A DNA stretch of 63,054 nucleotides, counting the filler. It is 11 parts of 11 records of this genome, joined end to end, with 100 filler letters (N's around TTAATTAATTAA, not from the genome) between each part and the next. Parts side by side here need not be neighbours in the genome. Positions count along the whole stretch, not along the records: positions 21,987 to 27,638 come from SRR31156797_107262; positions 27,739 to 32,744 come from SRR31156797_107453; 9 more parts are not named here. One strand, written 5' to 3'. This document shows positions 21,987 to 31,828 of this stretch, one piece after another. The notes under the pieces are model-generated. The model was not told the origin of the DNA. It saw only the letters and a list, made by a program, of their open reading frames with translations, and made no database searches. Position 1 is the first letter of the stretch. Each line of letters opens with the position of its first letter. A program made the position numbers and the translations under genes.

Positions 21987-22943
21987 CCCCGATTCGGCCC
22001 CCGGAATGACGACATCGATCCCCGCGCGCTTGTAGAGCCTCAGCAGTTCGATATCCTCGTGACTCGTCATGGTCTCGCAACGCATGTAGACCTTGGCGGA
22101 AAGGGGCAGGCCCCGCCTGATGATTTCCTCGCAAATCTCGCGGGCCCGCTGTTTGCCATAGGTTCCCGGATCTTCGAAGGAACTGTCGGCGAAATTGAAC
22201 ACGCGGGCCCCGTACTGCCGGACCAGCACCTCCAGTTCATCGACAACGTGCCCGGGGGATCGGCCCCGCCATCGTTTGCCTTTCAGGGTCTTGTTGTACA
22301 GATTGACGCAACAGAAGGTGCAGGTGCCAATGCATCCGCGCGACGTGACGACTCTGATCGACTCGACGATGTTCCCGTCCACCGGGTCCTGGCGCGCCGT
22401 ATCGAGGAAATCCCGCGCGGGAAACGGCAGCGTATCCAAATCAAGGATCGCCTCCCTGATCTCGTTTCGGACGATGCGCTCTCCCTGCTTCCACACCAGT
22501 CCATCGATCTCGGAGAAATCTGTTTCGCGTCTCTCCAGGGCCATGAGAAGCTCGTGGCACGTCTGCTCACCTTCGCCGAGCACGGCGAAATCGAAGACCG
22601 GCTCGGTGCTCAGAATAGTCTCAGACAAGGTGACCAGGAACGGGCCGCCGATGACGGTGATCACGTCGGGCCTTTTCTCTTTCAGACGCTCGGCCATCAA
22701 TTTCACGTGCGTGTAATTCGCCATGTTCACTTGGAAGCCGAACACGGGGGCCTCGACAGCCGCGGCTCTTTCGACTTCTTCGTCGCCCCGGCTGGAAAAA
22801 CACTGGTGGATCGGTGCGGCATAGCCTCGGGCGCGCAGAAAGGCGGCCAGGCATGCGATCCCCAGTGGGATTTCCTGCTCGTATTGATAATCGCCATCCC
22901 TGACGACGTTGATCAGGGCGATGTCGGTGTGAGGGTCTTGCAT
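21987..22943 (-). CDS. cobalamin-dependent radical SAM protein (3' truncated)
   Basis: B12-binding region PLGIACLAAFLR...VIGGP...GEGE, LDTLPFPARD, SRGCIGTCTFC, GAESG. AAGGAG RBS before ATG 22943. Confidence 0.92.
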
Positions 22944-23173
22944 CCATGCTCTCCTTGCGACGGAGGGATCAGAGGTGTCCGACACCTCCTCTGCGTCCGA
23001 CGGGTGCTGCACCCCGGCGACGCTGCAATTGCTGGTCAGATTGTTAAGACCGCTCCATGCACAAGTCTCTCATGCGCATTCCGAGGCCTACCATATCGAG
23101 GAACCAAGATGGCGTCAACGCCGTTTTGGAGCGTGGTGCGGTGGTATGGGCGAGGATTCTCCGGGCACGTCCT

Positions 23174-23617
23174 TCACGGCCTCGGTGAGATCTTCAGTGT
23201 CACCGTCCCCACCCGAACGTTGGTATTCAGCGGGGGGAGCGTCTCGACGTCCACGTGGACGCAACTGCGCAGCGTGATCCCGGCACTGTCGGAATCCAGG
23301 ACGCTGAGCGAACTGGAATACTCCCCGGGCACCGCTCCGGTCGGTGTGAACTCGGCACTGACGTTCAAATCACCGCGCGCCTCCAGGGCGATGTCAACAC
23401 AGCCCTCGTATTCGTAGGCGGACAGGGGAAGCAGGTGAATGGCAAGCTTGTCCAAGTCCACGACATGCACCGACCAGGGGATGTCCATCAAGACCGGGAT
23501 CTCACCGACCTCCTGGGGAATGTCGCCATGCGGCCAATACCAGTTCGCGATCTCACCGGCCTGCGCCGTGGCCGCCCAGACACTAAGCGCAGCAACGGCC
23601 AAAACTTTCACTCTCAT
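23174..23617 (-). CDS. hypothetical secreted protein
   Basis: Signal peptide MRVKVLAVAALSVWAATAQA, GGAG RBS, beta-rich mature part with two Cys. Confidence 0.7.
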   Translation of the reverse strand: MRVKVLAVAALSVWAATAQAGEIANWYWPHGDIPQEVGEIPVLMDIPWSVHVVDLDKLAIHLLPLSAYEYEGCVDIALEARGDLNVSAEFTPTGAVPGEYSSSLSVLDSDSAGITLRSCVHVDVETLPPLNTNVRVGTVTLKISPRP

Positions 23618-24046
23618 CACCTGCTCTCCTACCTCGTCACATCGCCGGCCACCCATAAAGGGCCTCTCAGGCCGGCGCCCCCGTTCTATCACCTACGGGA
23701 ATCATACGCCTTCCCGCCGCCATGTCAAGAAAGAAAAGGACGGCAACGGGATTTATCCCTGCCCAGCTTCACATGTCGACAAAAAGCCCCACAACAGGCT
23801 TTCTGGGAAACAAAAGGAATGTTTTCACGCGCACGCCAAGTGCTCAGATCCCAGATCGCACCTCCACCATCCTCGCTTCGAACGACAGGTCCAGGCCAGG
23901 GCACCGTATGGGCCGGAAAGTGCGGAAGGACAGCCCACGCCACCGTCTAGAATATCGTTCGTCCCGCTATGCCCGTGCTGGCTGCGTTGGCTTCAGCCGG
24001 CACGGGATTTTTCGTGCCAGCCCTCGGTCCACTCCCTATCTCTCAG

Positions 24047-26398
24047 TTAGGATATCTTGAGTTCGGGAGAATAAACACTCGACGTACCAGTATCGCAAAT
24101 GACCAGTTCGTTTCTGTCCTTCTCCACAGGTACAACAGTCAGAACATGAGCAGCGCGAGAATAGTCTTTCCCTCTGATATTCTCGACCTCCAGGCGTCCC
24201 CACACAAGTCCTCTCTCGATCTTCTTCCATCCGAGTACCTTTGTCTGCGCTTTTTGGTTGAGGGTACTGGGAAACTCCAGTTCATCACCATCGAATGGCG
24301 TCACATGAAGATGGTAGTCTGCCATGGAGCTAAGGCCAAAAGAGAGTTTCCGATCGGAACCATCCCCATGCACATCCATGAAAATCGAGACGATGTTCTT
24401 AGCCTTGAAGAAATCCGTCAGAGCGCGCAGAAACAACGGTTCTTCGGAGAGCAATGGAAATCCGCTCTGGAGATGCGCCGTCGAGTGAAAGAGCACACGC
24501 GAGAAGATTACCTCGCCCGTGTCCTTGGCTGTCATCATACTAGACAGCGAGGAGATGAACTCCTCTGGTGTGATACACCCCGGCCTGAAACCAGCAATCA
24601 CAACTTTTCTGCATCGATCCTTGGCGCCCGCGGGAACACCCTGAATGTCGACGCACCGCCGATGAAAGTGTATCTTCTGGCCTCGGTTCTTTTCTTTGTC
24701 AAACATCTCTCGGTTGGTGCACTTCTCTCGACACGCGCCAACATCGCGCCAGCAGATCTTCTCACCGTTGTCGAGACAGGGGACCTGGTGGTCGCGTCGG
24801 ACAAAGAGATGGGTGCTCCGCGCGATAGCAACCTTCTCAAGGGCCACGTCTGATTCTTCCGCCAACTGGATGATCAGGACATCCTTGTTTGGGACGACTC
24901 CTTGTTTTTCGGAATCGATTCTCCAGAGCCCGCCCATGAGGATATTGAAGCCCAAGGCAAGCTTGTGCAACCCTTTCGGTCCGCTGACCACGAAGCAGGA
25001 GTTGGTCGGTATCGTATCGCCGTGAAAATCGTGGTCAAACGTCTCCCCCACCAGTATCGAATCCAGATGCGTGACTCCCGTGTGAACGGTCGCATGCTCT
25101 TCGCGTCGATCATGCATCTCTGATCGCGAGCTCGATATGTAGTGATGTATGGAAGGATAGACGACGATTCCGGTATCACGGCTGACGTTTCGGAGCGAGT
25201 GCTCCGGAGGCGATATTTTGTAGAGATGCGTACCGGAAATATGTCGCCCATAGTGTTTCTTCGCGATCTTCAGATAGCGCGTTTGATAGTTCAGTTTTTG
25301 CCCCTCGCTGAGTTCGATCACCAAATCAGCCAGGAATTCGCAGTCCGCGATCAACTCTCGTGCCTCTTCGGTACCCTCCAATCCATAATCTTCCAATAGG
25401 ATAAAGACGAGGCAGTCTGTCTTCTTAAACCGCCGAAAGACATCCCAGAGCCTGCGTCGGTCATTGCTGTCAACCTGAGAGACATTGAGCGAATCGATGA
25501 AGAGGACTTCCGTATATCGGAGGCTCTTCTCCACTTTTGGGCTCAGACATACATATTGGAAGTATTCGCCTTCCAGGGGCACGATGGAAATCACCCCGCC
25601 GTCAGTACAGTACGCGTCCATCTCGGCTTCGCTGCAGAACTTGTAGGTGATCGCCATACTCTTGATGGCCTCTCGTGTATCATTCGCACACCAATACCTA
25701 CAGGCGATCCCCTTCCTGGCCATGGCCACCATCATTTGGACTGCCATAGTGGTCTTGCCCGCACCGGGAGCCCCCTTGATCAAGACACTTCTGGGAACCA
25801 CCGCATCCTGACTAGGCAGATCAAAACCTCGCATGTCTGCCGCAGCAACAGCCTCGTCCGGAAGCTCGCCTTTTGCGGCCTCACGGGCGCCCCCGGGAAA
25901 CAGCAACTGATCGAGCCCGGCAATGCCCACCGGTGCAATCCCTTCTCCCGCCCCGCGTTCCTGTCTCTTGCGGATATACTGGACAATCAACAGAGGCATG
26001 ATGTACTGTCGCTTCGGATCTCCCGAAAAGCCACATTCGTTGCACAGCACATAGACATCGGTCAGGTCTACACCGCCATACTTGTCAGCGAGCGCGTCAT
26101 TCGCCTCCTTGCACAGGGACAGGACCTTGCCGCTGTCGACCCGGAATGAAAACTCCCCTACGCCTTTTTCTGCTCCGCCATCCAAATTGGGAATGAGATC
26201 GCCGTGGAGCGTGAGAGCTTCCTTCTTCTGAAGCTTCTTCATGACCTCTTCCAATGGAAGTTTGCCTATCAGGAACTCGACTTCACCAATCTGGAAACCC
26301 AGTATCTTTGGCGCGATCTTGACCACAACCTCCTTCCTATGTATGCCAAGGTCCTCCAGCTTGCTGTCGTCTCGATAAATGGCATAGAGTTCGCACAT
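24047..26398 (-). CDS. KaiC/RAD55-like protein with two RecA-fold domains and an unknown N-terminal domain
   Basis: Domain 1: GIAGLDQLL, GAPGAGKTT, LFIDS, EFLADLVIEL, RYLKIAK. Domain 2: TGVTHLDSIL, degenerate GPKGLHK, LSSMADY, RLEVENIRG. Confidence 0.8.
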   Translation of the reverse strand: MCELYAIYRDDSKLEDLGIHRKEVVVKIAPKILGFQIGEVEFLIGKLPLEEVMKKLQKKEALTLHGDLIPNLDGGAEKGVGEFSFRVDSGKVLSLCKEANDALADKYGGVDLTDVYVLCNECGFSGDPKRQYIMPLLIVQYIRKRQERGAGEGIAPVGIAGLDQLLFPGGAREAAKGELPDEAVAAADMRGFDLPSQDAVVPRSVLIKGAPGAGKTTMAVQMMVAMARKGIACRYWCANDTREAIKSMAITYKFCSEAEMDAYCTDGGVISIVPLEGEYFQYVCLSPKVEKSLRYTEVLFIDSLNVSQVDSNDRRRLWDVFRRFKKTDCLVFILLEDYGLEGTEEARELIADCEFLADLVIELSEGQKLNYQTRYLKIAKKHYGRHISGTHLYKISPPEHSLRNVSRDTGIVVYPSIHHYISSSRSEMHDRREEHATVHTGVTHLDSILVGETFDHDFHGDTIPTNSCFVVSGPKGLHKLALGFNILMGGLWRIDSEKQGVVPNKDVLIIQLAEESDVALEKVAIARSTHLFVRRDHQVPCLDNGEKICWRDVGACREKCTNREMFDKEKNRGQKIHFHRRCVDIQGVPAGAKDRCRKVVIAGFRPGCITPEEFISSLSSMMTAKDTGEVIFSRVLFHSTAHLQSGFPLLSEEPLFLRALTDFFKAKNIVSIFMDVHGDGSDRKLSFGLSSMADYHLHVTPFDGDELEFPSTLNQKAQTKVLGWKKIERGLVWGRLEVENIRGKDYSRAAHVLTVVPVEKDRNELVICDTGTSSVYSPELKIS

Positions 26399-26978
26399 AG
26401 CAGAACTGACCTCCCAATTGCATCGGGGCGCGGTTTCACGGCATCGGTTAGCGCCCGAGGTTCCTTTCGTCGGGTCTACTCACACACAACAGGATCTCTA
26501 TCTTGTGATATTGATGTCACCGGGTACGTCTCTGGCGCATGGAAGACTGGGGAATCAAAAGCGTGCGACACCCTTCTCGCATCCGGTCGGCGCAGCCGCG
26601 CCAGCGATGAAGGTGCTGGGTTCGTCTGCCGGATTTCCAAAACGTCTCCACACATAGCTTCCCCAAGCACGTTTGAGATATAGCCTACAGATATGCCGGG
26701 ATGGTGTCAATGTCGTTTTTGGGGCGGGGTTGTGGCGGGCATTTGCGGGAGTGGGTCTAGCGAGCATGTCGGGCAATCGCATTCGTGAGGGACAGGCAAG
26801 CACGGTGGCCAGCCCCCACAGGAGCGGGGATTTCCGTTGACGCCGAGGAGCGGCGTTTGTATTGTGGATAACATATGAGGATATTGAAATCGACAATCCA
26901 TCGTCAGTTCAGGCATCGGCAGGCCAGCGGCCGTCGACGCGGGGCCCGGAAGGGTCCAGAGGGTCTCCGGGTGGCTGC

Positions 26979-27344
26979 GGTGTCATCATTCGTGCAATAC
27001 GAACCCAATTCTGGCAAAGGGGAGAATTGCGTTAACTTCTTCCAGCAATTGCGGTTAAGTGGAACCAGGCCGGTCGGACTGGGCCAAGAACGAACCCAGT
27101 CGAAGCCAATTTCGAGATTGAGCGGCTCCCAGGGCATTCGTGTCGCCCTTTCCAGGCCATCGGGCCGCGGCGGGCGGTCCGCGCCCTGCCGCTTCGCGCC
27201 AAACAAAGCCAATTTGCCGCATTCTTGGCCTCAAAACGAGGGTTGGGTAAGAAAGCAAAGCCAATTTCCAATGCGGAAAACGGGCAAGCGTTCGCCACTT
27301 TGCGAACGCCCCGCCGGCCTGAGAAACGGTCGGGTGTCATCATT
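26979..27344 (+). repeat. dispersed short-motif array (AA[C/G]CCAATT core) bracketed by a 12-bp direct repeat
   Basis: ACGAACCCAATTC (about 26999), ACGAACCCAGTC-GAAGCCAATTT (27090-27112), ACAAAGCCAATTT (about 27203), GCAAAGCCAATTT (about 27255). GGTGTCATCATT at 26979-26990 and 27333-27344. Confidence 0.6.
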
Positions 27345-27371
27345 GACGCCGGTGCGATCCGGACTTATGAT
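27343..27371 (+). promoter_or_regulatory. sigma70-type promoter for the GH15 gene
   Basis: TTGACG, 17 nt, TATGAT. Confidence 0.6.
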
Positions 27372-27485
27372 AGCGCGTTTTGAACATGATCTGGAACTGG
27401 ATTCCCTCTGGAGTGCTCGCTCGTCTTACGCCGAACCTGCGACGAGCCCGGCGCCCGAGGCAGCTGTGATTAGGACACCAACTGC

Positions 27486-27638
27486 ATGGACAATCTCAAC
27501 TACGGCGTGATCGGCAACTGCAAGAGCGCCGCCCTGGTTAGCAGACAGGGCAGCATCGACTGGTGCTGCCTGCCCGATTTCGATTCGCCGTCGATGTTCG
27601 CCAAGCTGCTCGATGAGAAGAAGGGAGGCCATTTCGCC
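27486..27638 (+). CDS. glycoside hydrolase family 15 (trehalase/glucoamylase-like), N-terminal fragment
   Basis: [38 protein letters not shown]. Confidence 0.9.
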
Positions 27639-27738
27639 NNNNNNNNNNNNNNNNNNNNNNNNNNNNNNNNNNNNNNNNNNNNTTAATTAATTAANNNNNN
27701 NNNNNNNNNNNNNNNNNNNNNNNNNNNNNNNNNNNNNN
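27639..27738. other. artificial contig spacer
   Basis: N44-TTAATTAATTAA-N44. Confidence 0.99.
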
Positions 27739-27753
27739 GCTCTCAAACTCTAA

Positions 27754-29085
27754 CCTTATTCGTTAGGCGGGCAGCCAGAGACCATATATCCTTCCGACGA
27801 GGGCATTAAAGCTGTCAGAGAAGCCACAATTAAAGCGCTTGAGGGTGTAGATTTTTCCATGATCACCGAGGGCAGCACCGTGAACATTTTGGCCAGCCAC
27901 CATGGGTTTACGTTTATGGGCGGGGAACCCTACTCCGAAATGCTGCGGACCCTAAAAGACGTTGTGGAAACGGAAACGGGCGCTAAAGAAATCCGCCTGA
28001 GGGCTGGCTTAGGGATGCGATTCAGGGAGACCGAGGAATATATCAAGGCCTTCGGATTGGATGAATATTTCAACGGCAAAGCCATCGGCATCGCACCCAT
28101 AGATGCGGGCGTGGCCATTGAAACCAAACTGGGGACCCTATACGGTCTGAAGCGCGCTTACGATGCCGACTTTATTATCCACGCGCATAACAGCGACGTG
28201 CGCGAAGTTCATTTTCATCGTCAGGTTGACCGTGCTGTTAAACCTTTCGGAATGAGCTATGCGAGGTGTGAAACGCGATCCACCTACCATATGAACCTCG
28301 GACCCCGGGCCGCTAATTTTGTTGCGCGTTCAATTTTTGAATCGGACTTTGTCCAAGAGAAATTTGCATTCGCATGTTTTCTGGTGATGTCTCCGGCCGG
28401 GGCCATCGATGTTGATGCCGACAACAACCTTTATTCTTTGAACGACCGGGTCACGGCAGGGGGGATGAAACACTATGGCAAGATCATTGAGTTGATGGGC
28501 GCCATAAAGGAATGCATCGTTATCTTAGATTTTCCCTGCCCGGTGCCCTATGTCTTCGCTTGCGGCGTCATTTACGCAAACATGGCAAGCGCCAACATCG
28601 ACGTCTTCGATCTTGACAGTCCGCTTCCGCCATATACTTGGTATACTGAAACCTTTTATGATGACGGAGGAAAGCCGCTGATTCCTGAAATTCCTGAAAT
28701 AAACCCCGCCATAAAAGCCGTCGTTCACAATTACGCGTGGATCGGATATCCCTCAGTCTTCTTTGCGGAGCATACGCCTACGATCATGGTGGGCGCGGAG
28801 CAGGCCGAGCTGTTTAACCGCGACCCCATGAATCTCAATTATATGAAACACGCGCTTCTTGCCGACAATCTGGAGGCGGCAATGGCATTCGCCCGTAAGA
28901 CTTCGGGCACGGATAAGGTCATCATTTTTGACGGTGCCTCCGGTGGACTGAACGTGAGCCAATCCCTTGCTGAAGACCTTATAGAGCTCGCTCCATCTAT
29001 TTGCAGCAAAGTTAACCAGGTTTTGCTCCCGAAGTGGCTATCCCAACGAAATGTGGACCCGGGCCTTTTGGAGAGGGTTGCATGA
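27754..29085 (+). CDS. uncharacterised protein, weakly LarA/DUF362-like; true start probably upstream of ATG 27859
   Basis: Frame open back to a TAA at 27751 near the contig edge. GSTVNIL...AYDADFIIHAHN segment recalls the LarA/DUF362 fold. Stop overlaps the next start (ATGA). Confidence 0.6.
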   Translation, partial: PYSLGGQPETIYPSDEGIKAVREATIKALEGVDFSMITEGSTVNILASHHGFTFMGGEPYSEMLRTLKDVVETETGAKEIRLRAGLGMRFRETEEYIKAFGLDEYFNGKAIGIAPIDAGVAIETKLGTLYGLKRAYDADFIIHAHNSDVREVHFHRQVDRAVKPFGMSYARCETRSTYHMNLGPRAANFVARSIFESDFVQEKFAFACFLVMSPAGAIDVDADNNLYSLNDRVTAGGMKHYGKIIELMGAIKECIVILDFPCPVPYVFACGVIYANMASANIDVFDLDSPLPPYTWYTETFYDDGGKPLIPEIPEINPAIKAVVHNYAWIGYPSVFFAEHTPTIMVGAEQAELFNRDPMNLNYMKHALLADNLEAAMAFARKTSGTDKVIIFDGASGGLNVSQSLAEDLIELAPSICSKVNQVLLPKWLSQRNVDPGLLERVA

Positions 29086-29933
29086 TGCAAAGCGCCAATG
29101 TGCATGTTTTCACCTCAATCGAGGAGCGAGATCTCCGTTTGGACATTTTTCGCAACAATCTCCACAGGACTTATTGTGCCGTGGTGATTGCCGAAGCTGA
29201 TGGGATCATCAGCGGGCTCGAGCGTGCTGAAGCGTTGGCCGACGGTCTCGAACTTAGCTTTGATGCGTTGGCGGCTGCCGGCGAGCTTGTCGGCAAAGGA
29301 AAGGCCGTCTGCCGTATCGCTGGAGATCCTGTTTCTCTTCTTAAAGGGGAAGAGACAATTCTGGGGGCACTGAGCAAATCTTCCGGAATCGCCAGCGCTG
29401 CAAGTCTTGCCAAAAAGGCGGCATCAGGACATTTCCGCATCGTTTGCGGCGCCACCAAAAAAATGCCCCATGATCTAAAAACGACCATTCGAAAATCCGT
29501 CGCAGACGCCGGCATAGATGTGCGCATGGCGCGACAACCGTTCGTATATCTGGATAAAAACTATGTTCGCATCTTTGGCTCTTTGCAGAAAACACTGGAA
29601 GCCGTCGCACCTTTGAATCGCCCGATTGTGATTCAGGTCCGAGGAGAAACCGGTCCCATCCAGGAAGAAGCGGTGACGGCGGCGCAACGGGGGGCGGTCG
29701 TCATTATGGTCGATACGGGAAGGGTCAACGACCTTGAGGCGGCATCGATTGGACTTAGGGAAGCAGGACTGCGAGACCGGGTGGACCTTGCCTTTGCGGG
29801 AAATTTGAAACCGGAGGATCTGTTTGACCTCATTGGGAGAGATATAGACGCAGTGGACATCGGTTACGGAATCGTAGACGCACCCTGTCTTCAAATGCGG
29901 TTCGACGTTCAGACTGATTTAGCAGGCGACTGA
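29082..29933 (+). CDS. NadC/ModD-like phosphoribosyltransferase paralog
   Basis: AEADGIISGL, LLKGEE, SGIAS, GATKKMP, YLDKNY, IMVDTG, FAGN, VDIG. QPRTase fold with altered catalytic motifs (TKK for TRK, KNY for KDNH). Confidence 0.8.
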   Translation: MMQSANVHVFTSIEERDLRLDIFRNNLHRTYCAVVIAEADGIISGLERAEALADGLELSFDALAAAGELVGKGKAVCRIAGDPVSLLKGEETILGALSKSSGIASAASLAKKAASGHFRIVCGATKKMPHDLKTTIRKSVADAGIDVRMARQPFVYLDKNYVRIFGSLQKTLEAVAPLNRPIVIQVRGETGPIQEEAVTAAQRGAVVIMVDTGRVNDLEAASIGLREAGLRDRVDLAFAGNLKPEDLFDLIGRDIDAVDIGYGIVDAPCLQMRFDVQTDLAGD

Positions 29934-29934
29934 G

Positions 29935-30840
29935 ATGGAATATCGACTTCTTAACAAAACGGAGATCTGGGTCGGGCCCGTGGATCTGTCGGATGCGGAT
30001 CTCGGCCGATGTGCATCGGCTGTTGCCCGTACGCTAGGCCTGTCCGAAAAAACCGTAACCGTCACCGACGCACAAAAGGGCCATCTGACATTCGATGTAA
30101 TGAGTCCCACGGTTAAGGCGGAAAACATTATTGCACGAAAAGAAGCCATGCTGTCAGCGCTTTCTGAAGTGTCGGGCGTTTCCGTAACAGCGGCCACGGA
30201 CATCCATTCAGACGGCATTCTCGGTTTGATCAATGCCGCGCCCACCCATGGCGCCGACATTCTGCGGAGGTCCCGGACCTTGGGCAGGGAAATTGTTGAC
30301 CGCATCTCCAAAAGAGCCATGATTTTTCCAACCGGGACGGAGGTTATCCATCAACTGATCCGGGACACAAACACGCCCTTCCTCAAAAACCATCTGGAAG
30401 AGTTGGGTTACGACGCATTCGCTTCCGCGCCCCTGCCGGATGACGCCGCCAAAATTATCCGGTCAATTCGCGCGGCTGTGGATGACCCGTTTGGGCTGAT
30501 CATAACCACCGGCGGGGTGGGGGCGGAAGGAAAAGATCAGACGTTGGAAGCACTGGAAAAATTGGATCCGAATGCTTTGCTTCCATATGTTTTGAAGTTC
30601 AAAAAAGGAACGGGGCGACATGACAAGGATGGTGTGCGAATTGGCGTCGGAACGGTGGGGAATTCCCTTATCGTGTGTTTGCCGGGGCCAAACGATGAGG
30701 TGCAATTGATGTGGCCGGTGCTTCGGAAAGCGCTTATGGAAAATTGGAAAAAGCCGACTCTTGCCGATCATCTGCGACAAGTGCTGAGCGAGAAGTTCAG
30801 TCGCTTCAACCCTCGCCATATTGATTTAAATCACTTTTAA
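29935..30840 (+). CDS. molybdopterin-binding (MoCF_biosynth; MoeA/MogA/CinA-like) domain protein
   Basis: PTGTEV...IRDTNTP, LPDD, IITTGGVGAEGKDQT, CLPGP. Confidence 0.85.
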   Translation: MEYRLLNKTEIWVGPVDLSDADLGRCASAVARTLGLSEKTVTVTDAQKGHLTFDVMSPTVKAENIIARKEAMLSALSEVSGVSVTAATDIHSDGILGLINAAPTHGADILRRSRTLGREIVDRISKRAMIFPTGTEVIHQLIRDTNTPFLKNHLEELGYDAFASAPLPDDAAKIIRSIRAAVDDPFGLIITTGGVGAEGKDQTLEALEKLDPNALLPYVLKFKKGTGRHDKDGVRIGVGTVGNSLIVCLPGPNDEVQLMWPVLRKALMENWKKPTLADHLRQVLSEKFSRFNPRHIDLNHF

Positions 30841-30858
30841 ATTCAGGAGAATGATTAA

Positions 30859-31647
30859 ATGACTTTAACCGCAGAGCAGTTATCCGACGCGTCTGAATGT
30901 TTGATCCAAGCAACCGAAAGCAAACAGCCCGTTGCACCTCTAACGGAAACCTACCCACAACTGGACGTCGAGGATGCCTATAAAATTCAGCGCCATGTGG
31001 TAAACCATCGCCTGGCGGGCGGCGCTAGGATCGTTGGGAAAAAAATCGGTCTGACAAGCCCAGCCATGCAGAAGATGTTAGGCGTGGATGAACCCGACTA
31101 TGGTCATCTGTTTAATGACATGACCGTTTTTCAGGGAGAAGGCTTGCCCATGAGTTGTCTTATTCAACCGCGCATCGAAGGGGAGATCGCTTTTGTTCTG
31201 GACAAAGATCTTGTGGGACCGGGCCTGACAATCGCAGAAGTGGCCGGGGCGGTCGCCGGCGTTATGCCGGCCTTGGAGATTATCGACAGCCGCATTGCGG
31301 ATTGGAATATAAAAATCCAAGATACAATAGCCGACAACGCATCCGGTTCCCACTTCGTTTTGGGATCATCCATGATTCCAGCCGCAAAGATAGATCTTCG
31401 TTATGTAGGATATGTTTTAGTCAAAAACGGTCTTCTGGCCGGTACGGGCGCCGGCGCTGATGTTCTCGGCAGTCCGCTTCAGGCAGTCACTTGGCTGGCA
31501 AACAAAATGGGGGAATTCGGCATTGGTTTGAAAGCCGGCGAGATCATCCTCTCGGGCGCGGCTTCCGGTGCTCTGCCTATCGCTGCCGGCGATTCCATAC
31601 AACTGAACGTTGACCGGATCGGGCAGGTTGAATGTCGTTTTATCTAA
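30859..31647 (+). CDS. mhpD: 2-keto-4-pentenoate hydratase (FAH superfamily)
   Basis: DAYKIQ, GKKIGLTS, EPDYG, PRIEGEIAF, EIIDSRI, DTIADNAS. Confidence 0.85.
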   Translation: MTLTAEQLSDASECLIQATESKQPVAPLTETYPQLDVEDAYKIQRHVVNHRLAGGARIVGKKIGLTSPAMQKMLGVDEPDYGHLFNDMTVFQGEGLPMSCLIQPRIEGEIAFVLDKDLVGPGLTIAEVAGAVAGVMPALEIIDSRIADWNIKIQDTIADNASGSHFVLGSSMIPAAKIDLRYVGYVLVKNGLLAGTGAGADVLGSPLQAVTWLANKMGEFGIGLKAGEIILSGAASGALPIAAGDSIQLNVDRIGQVECRFI

Positions 31648-31828
31648 CGGCGTCGATTCCACGGCAAACATTTGAAAAAGAGATCTAAGCCACCATTATT
31701 GGCGCCTTTGTTAATGATTTTAGATGGGATAAATCCCAGTGCTTATCGCATTGACGCTAACGAATAATCCGTATGACCGTTATCAATTTAGCCCATAGGC
31801 ATAGGCCAAATGAAAGGGAAGGAAGATA

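Noticed and set aside
22950-23085. SAM-I-like words (ATGAGAG, CAGCAA, GGTGC) upstream of the radical SAM gene
   Set aside because: Lacks the GAGGGA/kink-turn and GCAACC core, and the P1/P3 pairings do not form convincingly.
26979-27344. CRISPR interpretation of the short repeat array
   Set aside because: Repeats about 11-13 nt, irregular spacing, no cas genes. I saw no CRISPR array anywhere in the window.
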